Assembly: GCA_963819945.1 (NCBI GenBank)
Contig: CAWFYD010000005.1
Coordinates: 18,374 to 82,373, forward strand
DNA: 64,000 bases
Source of the DNA: an uncultured Acidimicrobiia bacterium
GTDB lineage: Bacteria > Actinomycetota > Acidimicrobiia > IMCC26256 > JAENVU01
Reading direction: 5' to 3'
The translations under genes and the position numbers were made by a program. The notes beneath the pieces were generated by a model. It had not been told where the DNA came from, searched no databases, and saw only the letters and a program-made list of their open reading frames with translations. This document shows, in pieces, positions 1 to 9,971 of the stretch. Numbering within the stretch: the first letter of the stretch is position 1; each line of letters begins with the position of its first letter.

Positions 1-2
1 AG

Positions 3-239
3 GGCCGGGCCATCCTTCACGGCGAGCAGGGCTTCGAGTTCACCCGCTACCCGCGCGTCGGCGATGTGCTCGACGGCGTCACCACGGTGACGGACGTGTA
101 CGAGAAGGAGCGTTCCAACGGCGGGAAGCTCGAGTTCTACGTGACCGAGACCGTCTGGACCGACGCCGAGAACGCCGAGCCGGTGTGCACGTCGACGTTC
201 ACGCTCGTGATCAACGTCCGCCCGCCCAAGACCGACTGA
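3..239 (+). CDS. MaoC-like hot-dog fold hydratase/dehydratase, C-terminal fragment (5' end outside window)
   Basis: Own translation of frame 3: GRAILHGEQGFEFTRYPRVGDVLDG...KLEFYVTETVWTD...TFTLVINVRPPKTD, then TGA at 237-239. High GC3. Absent from the ORF track because no start codon lies in the window. Confidence 0.55.
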   Translation, partial: GRAILHGEQGFEFTRYPRVGDVLDGVTTVTDVYEKERSNGGKLEFYVTETVWTDAENAEPVCTSTFTLVINVRPPKTD

Positions 240-256
240 ACACCTCCGAGCTGCCG

Positions 257-1066
257 ATGGATACGCCGCCGGACGATTCGCTCACCGTGCGGATGGGTGA
301 CCCGGATGGTCCGTACCGGCGCCGCATCCGCTTGGTGACGGTCGATCCGCGCACGGTGTGGGGCGGGCTCGAGGACGACTTCCACCACTTCGAAGTCACC
401 CTGCAGCACGACGGCACCCACGTGACCGCGATGGACATGCACGCGGTCCGCTGGCCGTGGGCGACGTGTCCCGCCGCCGGGCAGGGACTGCAGGCCCTGG
501 TCGGCATGGAGCTGTCCGACCGTTCGACGGCGGTGGCCAAGGTGACCGATCCGCGCTGGAACTGCACCCACCAATTCGATCTCGCCGGCCTGTGCGTCTC
601 GCACACGGTGCGCGGCACGCCGTCCCGGCAGTACGACATCGAGCTCCCGCCGCCGGTCGACGGCACCGTGACCACCCGCCTCTGGCGGGACGGCGAGCTC
701 ACCTTGGAGTGGCAGCTCGCGGTCGGGTCCACCCGCACGCGGGATCTCGTGAGTCCCCCGCCGTTCACCGAGGCGCCGTGGCGCGGCGGGTTCATGAAGT
801 GGGCCGACGCGACCTTCCCGCCCGAGGAAGCGGAGGCGGCGATCGTCCTGCGCCGTTCGTGTGACATCGGGATGGGGCGCGGGATGGACCTCGAGGCGAT
901 CTCCGTCGCCGAGGAGCTGGCCGGGATCATGACCGGCATCTGCTACTCGATGCAGCCGGAGATCATGCCGGTGGCGTTTCGCAACCGCGGCTCGATCCGC
1001 GACTTCGGCCGGCACCCCGAGGTCATGCTGTCGGACGCGCCCGGCGACGGACCGAACGAGGCCTGA
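257..1066 (+). CDS. DUF2889-like protein
   Basis: ORF 185..1066, with ATG at 257 (MDTPPDD) chosen as start. Contains LEDDFHHFEVTLQHDG and VRWPWATCPAAG, which I recognise as DUF2889-like. Uninterrupted. Confidence 0.55.
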   Translation: MDTPPDDSLTVRMGDPDGPYRRRIRLVTVDPRTVWGGLEDDFHHFEVTLQHDGTHVTAMDMHAVRWPWATCPAAGQGLQALVGMELSDRSTAVAKVTDPRWNCTHQFDLAGLCVSHTVRGTPSRQYDIELPPPVDGTVTTRLWRDGELTLEWQLAVGSTRTRDLVSPPPFTEAPWRGGFMKWADATFPPEEAEAAIVLRRSCDIGMGRGMDLEAISVAEELAGIMTGICYSMQPEIMPVAFRNRGSIRDFGRHPEVMLSDAPGDGPNEA

Positions 1067-3081
1067 CTCGCGAGTCGGTCTCGGCCGACGCCGGGCTGAT
1101 CCGGACCCGGGCGGTGAACACGGGTGCGGCACCGAGGTCGGCCTCGGTCTGGCCGGTGAGTGCGTTCACGCCGGGGCCGCGCCGCACGTCGCGGTGCCAC
1201 CAGTTGTCGAGCACCACGACCGTGCCCGCGAGCACGTTGTCCGACACCGACGCGTCGAGCTCGAGCGTGCCGTGCTCGTTGGTCAGCACGATCGGCGCGC
1301 CGTCCTCGATGCCGGCCGCGATCGCGTCCGCGGGCGCGACGAGCGCGACCGCAGTGCCGGCGGCCTTGCGCAGCCGCTCGTGGTTCACCAGCTGCGAATT
1401 CAGGAAGTGGTGCGACTTCGGCGTGAGGAGGATCAGACCCTCGGCGTCTTCGTCGACGGTCTTCGCCCTGAGGAACCGCGTCGACACCGGCGATCTCCGC
1501 GAGCATGTCGGAACGGAGCTGCACGCGCGCGTCCGGCGCGGTCACGACCGGCAGCTTCACGTAGCCCTGCGTGTCGAGCGCGGCGCGTTGCTCGGCGGTG
1601 CAGTCGGCGAGGTACGTGTCGACGAGGGTCTCGTCGTCCTCGTGGAGCTCGGGTTCGTCGTAGCCCATCTCGCTCGCGAGTCGACGGAAGATCTCGGTGT
1701 TGGGCGCGGTCTGGCCGCGAGGCGGGATCGCCGGACGGTTCAGCGAGAGGTAGTAGTGGCCCCAGGACCAGAGGACGTCGAGATGCTCGAGCTGGGTGGT
1801 CGCGGGAAGCACGACGTCCGCGTAGCGCATCGTGTCGGTCGGCATCAGCTCGAGCACGACGGTGAAGAGGTCGTCGCGGGCCAGGCCTCGGGTCACCGCG
1901 TTGGTGTCCGGGCACACGACCGCGGGATTGCAGTTGTAGACGACGAGCGCATTGATGCCGTCGCTCGTTCCGGACCCGTGGGTGAGCGCGTCGCCCAGGC
2001 CCGTCATCGGCACCGTCCGTGCCGCGGGCGCGGCGCGGAGGTCCGGGCGGGTCATGGCGTCGCCCTTCGCCGGGAAGCCGTCGACGCTGTGCACGTGCGC
2101 GCCACCGCCCGGGTACTTCCACGCGCCCGTGACCGCCGGCAGCGAGAGGACGGCGCGGAAGGCCTGGCCGGCGTGCCGCTGGTGGTTCGCGCCCGGCCCG
2201 AGCTTCACGAACCCGGGGCGGGCCGCGGCCCAGAGCCGGGCCACGGCCGCGATCTGCTCGGCGGCGAGACCGGTCGCCCGTGCCGTGCGCTCGAGCGGCC
2301 ATTCCGCGGCGCGCGCCCGCAGGTCGTCCGCGCCGTCCGTCCGCGTGGCGAGGAACTCCGCGTCCTCGAGGCCCTCGGCGAAGATCACGTGCATCAGGCC
2401 CAGGGCGAGCGCGGCGTCCGATCCGGGCCGGAGCTGCAGGTGGATGTCGCTCGCCGCCGCGGTCTTCGTCCGGTACGGGTCGACACAGATCAGCGTCCCG
2501 CCGTTCTTCCGCACCGCCTGGAAGTAGGGCCAGAAGTGCAGGTGGGTGGAGAACGGATTCACGCCCCACGCGATCGCGACCTCCGCTTCACCGATGAGCT
2601 CGGGGTCCGTCGCCGCGAAGCCCGGGTACGTGAACGCGTACGCCCAGCCACCGGCTGCGAGGCAGATGTTGCGGTCCAGCTCGGCACTGGCCAAGCGGTG
2701 GAAGAACCGCTGGTCCATCGACGCGCCTTGCAGCACGCCCTGGGTTCCCACGTAGCTGAACGGCAGCACGGACTCCGGTCCCGACTCGTCGATGACGCGG
2801 GTGAGCCCGTCGCGCACCAGGCGCAGCGCCTCGTCCCACGACGCCTCGCGGAAGGCGCCCGCACCCTTGGATCCGGTGCGCACGAGCGGCGTGAGGAGCC
2901 GGTCGGGGTGGTACACCCGCTCCTCGTAGTGGTTCACCTTGATGCAGAGGTGGCCGGCGGTGAACGGGTGATCCTTGTTGCCGCGGACGCCGGTGACCGT
3001 GCCGTCCTCCACCGTCGCCGTCCACGAGCAGGTGTCGGGGCAGTCGTGGGGACAGCAGCCACGCACCTCGGTGATCGCCAT
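1023..3081 (-). pseudogene. Molybdopterin oxidoreductase (MopB family), one frame switch near 1485-1500
   Basis: ORF 943..3081 starts MAITEVRGCCPHDCPDTC (4Fe-4S Cys motif) and carries the MopB body. The C-terminal molybdopterin-dinucleotide-binding domain (LILLTPKSHHFLNSQ...VVLDNWWH...VFTARVRI) is in ORF 1023..1487. The Arg-rich tail of the long ORF is out of frame. Confidence 0.75.
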
Positions 3082-3169
3082 GTCCCCTCCACGGTCCGGG
3101 TCACGTGCGGTCAGACGCTACGCCCGGGGTCGACCGGTCGCCAGGATGGGCGGTTCAGTCTCGCGGTGC

Positions 3170-4035
3170 TCACGACGCACGCGGGGTGAGTCCGACGAGG
3201 TCGGCGTAGCGCGTCATGCCGTCGACGGCTTCGGGCGAGCGGGACCATGGCGCGATGACGAGTCGGGTGACGCCGATGTCTTCCCACCGCTTGACGTCAT
3301 CGAGTGAGCGCACCGGTCCGCCGACACAGATCTGGAACGGCCGACCAGGCTGACCCTCGTCCTCCCGTTGCGCTCGCAGCTCGCGCAGTCGCCCGATCTG
3401 CTCGGCGGCGGACTCGAACGTGTGCGCCATCCCGATCCAACCGTCGGCCGCGAGCGCGGCGCGGCGCAGCGCCGCGGGACTCTCACCGCCGACGAGGATC
3501 GGCGGCCAGGGCTTCTGCACCGGCTTGGGCTCGAAGGCGACCGCGTCGAAGTCGAAGAACTCGCCGTGGTGCTCGACCTCGGGCTCTGCCCACAGTCGCT
3601 TGCACACCGCGAGTGACTCGTCGACGCGGCGGCCCCTCGTGCGGAAGTCGAGGCCGGCCGCGACCCATTCCTCTTCGAGCCAGCTCGCGCCGATCCCGAA
3701 CTCGAACCGTCCGTCGCTCACGATGTCGAGGGTCTGCACCGCGCCGCGCCACGACGAACGGATGGCGCAACCCGAGGTTGTAGACGTGGGTGCCGAGCCG
3801 CAGCGACGGGAAGCGGCCGGCGAGGAACGCGAGGTAGGCGCACGCGTCGTAGACGGGCGCGGTCGGCGGGATCGGCGGGTGGTCCTCGCCGGCGCGGGGC
3901 GAGCGGCTCATGTGGACGGGCAGCACGAGGTGCTCCGGGAGCCAGACCGACTCGTAGCCGAGCGATTCGGCGGCTTGGGCCGCGGCCGAGATGGAAGTGC
4001 GGGTTGAGCGCCCCGAGCGCGATGCCGAACTGCAC
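3170..4035 (-). pseudogene. LLM-class (luciferase-like, F420/flavin-dependent) oxidoreductase, two frame switches
   Basis: Consecutive pieces: GTG-start MQFGIALGALNP (ORF 3718..4035), AAQAAESLGYESVWLPEHLVLPVHMS...LGTHVYNLGLRHPF (ORF 3483..3926) and DGRFEFGIGASWLEEEW... (ORF 3170..3739). Switches near 3985 and 3735. Confidence 0.75.
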
Positions 4036-4049
4036 GCCGAGTCAGGCCT

Positions 4050-4832
4050 TCACGTCGTGTAGCTGCCGTCGGGTTGGCGATGCCAGCCCCCGGCCGCCGA
4101 GTTGCCGCCGTCGACATGGATCGTGCTGCCGGTGACGAAGCCCGAGAGATTCGGGTTGGCGAGGAACACGACCGCCGCGGCGACATCGTCGACGTGACCG
4201 GCGCGCGGCAGCGGCGTCCGAACACCCATGTCCTGGCCGATGCCCGGGGTCGGGATCACGTCCGGCGCGACGCAGTTCACCCGGATCAGCTTCGGCCCGA
4301 GCTCGAGGGCGAGGCTCTGGGTGAGGTTCACCTGCGCGGCCTTCATCGCGCTGTAGATCGCGAAGCCCGGTCCGGCGCGATGCGCTTCGATCGAGGTGAC
4401 GTTGACGATCGAGCCACCCGTGTCCGGCATGAGCGGTACGACGCCGCGCACGAACGTCGTGACGCTGGTGAAGTTCTCCCGGATGAGCGCGTCCTGGCCC
4501 TTGTCGCTGACCTCGAGGAACGCCGCCTGGAATCCACCACCCGCGTTGTTCACGAGCACGTCGACGTGGGCGTGCGCCGCCGCGATCTCGGCCAGCCACG
4601 TCGGTGACCTGCTCCCGTCGCGGACGTCGAGGAGACCCTGGTGCGCGGCGCGCCCGGTCGCTTCGATCGCGGCCGCGCAGCTCGCCAGCCCTTCCGGCTC
4701 CCGGTCGCAGATCGCCACGTCGGCCCCGAACCGGGCCAGCGCGAGCGCGGCGGCCCGGCCGATTCCCTGCGCGGCACCGGTGACGATCGCGACCCGGCCG
4801 TCGAGGCGTACGTCGTCGGGTCCGAGGGCCAT
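4050..4832 (-). CDS. SDR family oxidoreductase
   Basis: Uninterrupted ORF with TGAAQGIG cofactor motif, NNAG and catalytic YSAMK. Confidence 0.85.
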   Translation of the reverse strand: MALGPDDVRLDGRVAIVTGAAQGIGRAAALALARFGADVAICDREPEGLASCAAAIEATGRAAHQGLLDVRDGSRSPTWLAEIAAAHAHVDVLVNNAGGGFQAAFLEVSDKGQDALIRENFTSVTTFVRGVVPLMPDTGGSIVNVTSIEAHRAGPGFAIYSAMKAAQVNLTQSLALELGPKLIRVNCVAPDVIPTPGIGQDMGVRTPLPRAGHVDDVAAAVVFLANPNLSGFVTGSTIHVDGGNSAAGGWHRQPDGSYTT

Positions 4833-4949
4833 CCGCGGAGGCTAGCGGCGGCCGGGCCGGACATGACGCCAACGTCATATGCTGGCCCGCGCTCGGACCG
4901 GCCCGACCCGGACCCGCCTCGGACTCGATCCCGACGAACGGAGCGCGCC

Positions 4950-5760
4950 ATGGGCTACTCGGTCGCAGGCAAGCACGTGCTGGTCACGGGCGCGTCGTCG
5001 GGCATCGGCGCCGCGCTCGCCGAGGGGTTCGCGGCCGCGGGCGCGACCGTCGGCATCTGCGCCCGCCGGGAGGACCGGCTGGCCGAAGTGCTGGCCCGGG
5101 TCCAGACCCACTCCCCCGGCTCGCGGATGTGGTCCGTGGACCTCGCGGATCTCGACGCGCTCGAGCCGTTCGCCCGCCAGGTGAGTGACGAGCTCGGCGG
5201 CGTCGACGTGCTCGTGAACAACGCGGGCATCCCGAAGCGACGGATCGTGACCGAGCTCGATCCCGCGACCGTCGAGGCCGTGATGGCGATCAACTACTTC
5301 TCGCCCGTCCGGCTCACCCTCGCGCTGCTCCCCGAGCTGATCGAGCGCGCCGGGCGCGTCGTGAACATCTCGTCGGTCGCGGCGAGGCTCGGACCGCCGG
5401 CCGAAGCTGCGTACACCGCGTCGAAGGCCGCGCTCACCGGTTGGTCGGAGTCGATGCAGGTCGATCTGGCGGTCGCGGGCACGGACGTGCGCGTGCACGT
5501 GGTGAACCCGGGCGTCATCGACACCGACCTGTTCCACCTGCCGGACAACGACGAGTCACTCGCCGACATCGAGGCGCTCCCCGTCGAGGCGATGATCCAG
5601 CCGGTGCTCGAGCAGCTGGACTCGGGGACGTTCGAGATCTACGTCCCGGGCTGGTTCGCCGACGTGGTGGGCGGCAAGTTCCCCGACGTCGGCACCTTCC
5701 TCGCCGGCTCCATCGCCTGGGTCAAGCAGCAGCAACAGGCCTCCGACCCCCACCCCCTAA
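4950..5760 (+). CDS. SDR family oxidoreductase (stop codon displaced by one base in a C5 run)
   Basis: ATG 4950 (MGYSVAGKHVLVTGASSGIG), NNAG, YTASK. The frame stays open to 6422 only because TAA 5758-5760 is one base out of frame after the CCCCC run at 5753-5757. End set at that TAA. Confidence 0.75.
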
Positions 5761-5766
5761 CCCCCG

Positions 5767-5816
5767 TTTTGGCGTCACCTAGGCACGCGCATAGCTGCAC
5801 GTACACGACGCCAAAA
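5767..5816. repeat. Palindromic element copy 1 (TTTTGGCGTC-30 nt core-GACGCCAAAA)
   Basis: Read directly. Perfect 10-bp inverted termini. It nearly fills the convergent gap between SDR stop 5760 and DUF559 stop 5817, leaving only 6 nt after the SDR stop. Core is related to copy 2. Confidence 0.85.
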
Positions 5817-6711
5817 TCATGGTGCGCGGTCTCGGAGGGCTTGGCGCGATCGCGCGCGCAGGCAGGGCGCCCCTCGGCGGAGATCGGTCGGGCCGACGTC
5901 GATCGGGAGCCAGCTCGCCGCGATGAGCTCGTGCCGTCGGGCGCGGTCGTGCTTCGTCGCCGCACGCCCGGTGTGGAACTCGTCCGAGTCGTACTCGATC
6001 GCGATCCGCGCGTCCGGGTACGCAGCATCGACTCGTCCGATGCAGACGCGCACCATGCCAGACCTCGTACTGCGGACCGGCTCCGGAAGTCCGTGGGCCC
6101 GGATCGCTTGCATCAGGAGCGTCTCCATCTCGCTCTCCGTCGGCCGCTGCTCGGGCGCACGTACGCCAGGAGCAGCTCCCGGAGCACCGGTCCGCCGGGC
6201 CGACCCGAGCGACTGAGCCGCCTGACGGTCGCGACGAGCTCCGCTTCGCTGACGAGCCCGCGTCGCAAGGCGTTCTCGAGCGCGAGCTCGACCAGCCCGA
6301 TCCGCCAGACGCCACCCAGATCGAACAGCGTCCGAGCCGGTGTCGTCGTCGGGATGTTCGAGACGACTGCGACGTCGAGCGGATCGAGCACCTTCGTCTC
6401 GTGCACGATGAGTCCGTCATGACGGGCGCGCCGCCACCGCGGGCAGGTGATCTCGGCCAGGTCCCGTCGGCCGCCGGGCAGGCCGTGCAACGCCGCCGCC
6501 GACCGATGCGAAGCGACCGCCCGGAACCCGCCGGCCCAACACGCGGCCAGCACGGTCCCCTCCCACGACCGGCGCACCGTTCACGCGGTACACGTCGTGG
6601 TGGAGCTCCTCCACCGCCTGCGACGCGATCCGAGCGACGATCTGACGGGCGCGAGAGGCCCGCCATGCGTGCGTGCGCGCCGCGGAAGACCCCGTGGTGC
6701 TCGAGCGGCAT
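5817..6711 (-). pseudogene. DUF559 (Vsr/restriction-endonuclease-like fold) protein with AbiEi-like N-terminal region, three frame switches
   Basis: Pieces in four minus frames: MPLEHHGVFRGAHARMAGLS; RQIVARIASQAVEELHHDVYRVNGAP; SWEGTVLAACWAG...LRELLLAYV (ORF 6113..6577); METLLMQAIRAHGLPEP...IAIEYDSDEFHTGRAATKHDRARRHEL (ORF 5817..6128). Switches near 6650, 6575 and 6125. Confidence 0.65.
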
Positions 6712-6800
6712 GCACGCGCGAGACGCTCGTCCGCCTCGAGTTCGACATCCATGTCGATTTCCATGGCCGGCAGTCCAGCCGCGACCTGGGACACCAACGA

Positions 6801-6847
6801 TTTTGGCGTCGACGTAGGTGCGCATATGCGCACGCACGACGCCAAAA
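6801..6847. repeat. Palindromic element copy 2 (TTTTGGCGTCG-core-CGACGCCAAAA)
   Basis: Read directly. 11-bp inverted termini. The core contains the perfect 16-bp palindrome GTGCGCATATGCGCAC (6818-6833). Lies 20 nt beyond the gpmA stop. Confidence 0.85.
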
Positions 6848-6867
6848 CGTGCGGGCTGGCGGGCGCT

Positions 6868-7593
6868 CTAGCCGGCTTGCTTGGCTACTGCGGCCGCGGC
6901 GGCCGCGGCGGCTTCGGGGTCGAGGTAGCGGCTCTCGACCACCTGGAAATGGTCGTCGAGCTCGTACACGAGGGGTTGGCCGGTGCCGATGTTGTACTTG
7001 ACGATGTCGGCCTCGCTCATGCCGTCGAGGTGCTTCACCAGTCCGCGCAGCGAGTTGCCGTGCGCGGCGACGAGCGTCACGCGCCCGGCGGCCAGGTCCG
7101 GCACGATCGAGTCGTACCAGTACGGGAGCATCCGCTCGACGACATCCGCGAGACACTCCGACTTCGGGATCAGCTCCGCCGGAAGGTCGCGGTAGCGCGG
7201 GTCCTCCGACGCGTCCCACTCCAGCGGCGGCGGCGGCACGTCGTAGGAGCGCCGCCACTCGAGCAGCTTCTCCTCGCCGAACTCCTCCGCGGTCTGCAAC
7301 TTGTCCTTGCCCTGCAGCGCGCCGTAGTGACGCTCGTTCAACCGCCATGACCGGCGCACCGGGATCCACGACCGGTCACAGGCCCGCAGCGCGAGCTCGG
7401 CCGTGTGGATCGCCCGGATCTGGAGCGACGTGTGCACGACTTCGGGCAGCACGCCGTGCTCCTGCAGCAGCTCGCCGCCGTGGATCGCCTCCTCGATGCC
7501 CTTCGGGGTCAGACCCACGTCCACCCAGCCGGTGAACAGGTTCTCGAGGTTCCAGGTGCTCTGCCCGTGACGGAGCAGGATCAAAGTCGACAT
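6868..7593 (-). CDS. gpmA: 2,3-bisphosphoglycerate-dependent phosphoglycerate mutase
   Basis: ORF 6868..7635, start taken at ATG 7593 ([18 protein letters not shown] motif). Contains ...[12 protein letters not shown]...AAHGNSLR. Uninterrupted. Confidence 0.9.
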   Translation of the reverse strand: MSTLILLRHGQSTWNLENLFTGWVDVGLTPKGIEEAIHGGELLQEHGVLPEVVHTSLQIRAIHTAELALRACDRSWIPVRRSWRLNERHYGALQGKDKLQTAEEFGEEKLLEWRRSYDVPPPPLEWDASEDPRYRDLPAELIPKSECLADVVERMLPYWYDSIVPDLAAGRVTLVAAHGNSLRGLVKHLDGMSEADIVKYNIGTGQPLVYELDDHFQVVESRYLDPEAAAAAAAAVAKQAG

Positions 7594-7627
7594 GACGCCG
7601 AGGCTAGGTCGCGCGAGAGTCAGGGCC

Positions 7628-8383
7628 ATGAACAACGACGGCTTCTACGGCCAGGCCCAGGCCGCGATCCACCACGACCGGTTCGGCGACCTGGCGACGG
7701 ACGCGGCGAAGGCGCTCGCGGGTGAGCTGGTCTCGCACGGGCTGACGACGGGAACCGTCACGGACCTCGGCTGCGGCTCCGGCATCCTCGCCGGCATCAT
7801 GAGCGACCTCGGCTACGACGTTCGCGGCTACGACATCTCCGCGGACATGCTCGAGCTCGCCGCCGCGCAACGCGCCCCGCGCCACGTTCCGCAACGAGTC
7901 GCTCGTCGACGCATCGATCCCGCCGTCGGTCGGGGTGACGGCGATCGGCGAGGCCCTCAACTACGCGACCGACCCTCGGGCCGGCCTCGTTGCGACCGTC
8001 TCCGTCGCCCAACGGGTCTTCGACGCGCTCGCCCCCGGTGGCACGTTCCTGTTCGACGTCTCCACCCCCGGGCGGAACCTCGGCGCTCGCCGTCCGCGAG
8101 CGGATCCACGAAGGCGACGGCTGGATGCTGGCCATGCGGGCCGAGGAGTCCGGCTACCAGCTCGACCGGCGCATCACGATCTACTCGCGGGAGCCCGACG
8201 GCCGGTACGCGCGCGTCGACGAGCATCACGTCATCCATCTCTACGACCTCGACGCGGTGACCGCGATGCTCACCGAGCATCGGCTTCAAGGTCGAGACGC
8301 GGGCGAACTACGGCGCGACGCGATCCGACTCGACGCCACCGATGGGCTGGTCCGTGTTCGTGGCGACGAAGCCGCAGGCCTGA
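7628..8383 (+). pseudogene. Class I SAM-dependent methyltransferase, at least three frame switches
   Basis: MNNDGFYGQ...VTDLGCGSGILAG (ORF 7592..), AIGEALNYATDP...LAPGGTFLFDV (ORF 7935..), RERIHEGDGWMLAMRAEESGYQLDRRITIY (ORF 7990..), then a fourth frame GFKVETRANYG...MGWSVFVATKPQA ending at TGA 8381-8383. Confidence 0.65.
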
Positions 8384-8414
8384 GCCGAGCGCGCGAGAAC
8401 CTACGCGGGAGAAC

Positions 8415-9885
8415 CTAGGCGGGCAGGCCGACCGTCTTGGTCTCGAGGTACTCCTCGAAGCCCGCGATCCCGTGCTCGCGCCCGAGACCCGACTCCTTGT
8501 ACCCACCGAACGGCGAGTCCGGCCCGAACCACTGACCACCGTTGACCGCCACCGTCCCGGTCCGCAGACGCTTCGCGATCCCGTAGGCCCGGTCGAGGTC
8601 GGTGCCGTTCACCGCCGCCGACAGCCCGTAGCGCGAGTTGTTCGCGATGCGCACCGCGTCGTCGTCGTCCTCGTAGGGAATGACCGCGAGCACCGGCCCG
8701 AAGATCTCTTCCTGCGCGATCGTCGAATCGGGGTCGACGTCGACGAACAACGTGGGCTCGACGTAGAAGCCCTTCTCGAACTGCGGCGGCCGGCCGCCAC
8801 CGACGAGCAGGCGAGACCCCTCGCTCTTGCCCTTCTCGATCAGGCCGAGCACCCGCTCGCGCTGGCGCGCGTTGATGAGTGGACCCTGCAGGTTCGCCGG
8901 GTCCGTCGGGTCGCCGTACGTCCACGCCTCGAACGCGGCCTGCAGCAGCTCGACCCCTTCGTCGTAGCGCGAGCGCGGCAGCAACATGCGCGTGGTGATC
9001 GCGCAGCCCTGACCACCGTGCATGCAGACCATCGCGCCACCGCCCATCTGGGCCGGGAAGTCCGCGTCGTCGAGGATGATGTTCGCCGACTTGCCCCCGA
9101 GCTCGAGGAACACCCGCTTCAGGGTGTCCGAGCCCTGCGCCATGATCCGCTTCCCGACGACGGTCGATCCGGTGAAGCTGATCATGTCGACGTCGCGGCT
9201 CGCGCTGAGCACCTCGCCCACCGCCGCCGGATCACTCGAGGTGACGACGTTCAGCACCCCGGCCGGGATGTCCGTGTACTCCGCCGCGAGGCGACCGATG
9301 TGGGTCGCGCTCCACGGCGTGTCCGGCGCCGGCTTGAGAATCACCGTGTTGCCCGGCCGCGAGCGCGGGAACGATCTTGGAGAGGTTGAGCATGAACGGG
9401 AAGTTCCACGGCGTGATCGCGCCCACGACGCCGATCGGCTCGCGCAGGACGCGACGACCGCTCGTCATCCCGAAGAACTCATGGACCGGGAGGTCGTACT
9501 CCCACTCGATGCGGTCGATGCACTCGATGTCCCACTCCATGTCGTCGATGCAGCTGTCCATCTGCACCGCGTACGTGAGCATGATCGGCGAGCCGACCTC
9601 GGCGACGATCTGGGGGCGCAACGTCTCGCGCTCCTTGGCCAGCGCCTCGTGCAGCTGGCGCAGGCACCGCTTCCGCAGCTCGGGGTCGGTCGCCCAGGCC
9701 GACTCGTCGAACGCCCGACGGGCCGCACCGACCGCGCGCTGCATGTCGTCCACGCTCGCGTCGGCGACCGTGCCGATGACTTCCTCGGTGGCCGGATTGA
9801 CGTTGTCGTACCGGGCCCCCGAGGCCGCTTCGACGAGCTCGCCGCCGATCAACATCCGGTGCTCGCCGCTCACCGATTCCCCCAT
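8415..9885 (-). pseudogene. Aldehyde dehydrogenase family protein, one frame switch at a G/C run (plus-strand CCC 9353-9355)
   Basis: ORF 9232..9885 (MGESVSGEHRMLIGGELV...ITPWNFPFMLNLSKIVPALAAG) joins ORF 8415..9344 (ILKPAPDTP...FLELGGKS...EEIFGPV). Removing one G from GCGGCCGGGCAAC on the coding strand restores LAAGNTVILKP. Confidence 0.8.
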
Positions 9886-9926
9886 GACGCGTCTCCCTCG
9901 TTCCGGCTGGCGTTCGCGCCGAGGCT

Positions 9927-9946
9927 ACCTGACACCGGAGTCAGGT
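9927..9946. promoter_or_regulatory. Operator-like palindrome ACCTGAC-ACCGGA-GTCAGGT (class B)
   Basis: Perfect 7-bp inverted arms, 42 nt upstream of the ALDH start (9885). Near-identical core to the palindrome in the TetR promoter at 13182-13199. Confidence 0.4.
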
Positions 9947-9971
9947 CCCACCGCCACCTCCGTCTCGGCGT

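Noticed and set aside
1114-3189. Very long ORFs antisense to recognisable genes: 1114..3189 (691 aa), 10577..12118 (513 aa), 33445..35490 (681 aa), 39371..41581 (736 aa), 47265..49046 (593 aa), 22223..24049 (608 aa) and the upstream part of 41437..43386.
   Set aside because: Their translations are Arg/Gly/Pro/Ala-rich low-complexity sequence with no recognisable motif. They lie opposite genes with clear family signatures. In roughly 70% G+C DNA stop codons are rare in all frames, so these are shadow ORFs.
4863-4878. Weaker TGAC-N6-GTCA palindromes: ATGACGCCAACGTCAT (4863-4878, divergent SDR promoters) and CCTGAC-AATACC-GTCATG (20352-20369, at the acyl-CoA synthetase start).
   Set aside because: The arms are short (4-6 bp) and share only the TGAC/GTCA core with classes A and B, which could arise by chance. 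They are kept as unconfirmed. The GACGCCAA overlap of the first with the repeat-family arm is probably coincidental.
6881-6905. GCG/GCC and CAG/CTG trinucleotide runs (6881-6905; 57515-57545; 5727-5738) as microsatellites or contingency loci.
   Set aside because: They lie in frame inside coding regions and encode poly-Ala (gpmA C-terminus), poly-Leu (a TM helix) and poly-Gln. They are short and typical of G+C-rich genes.
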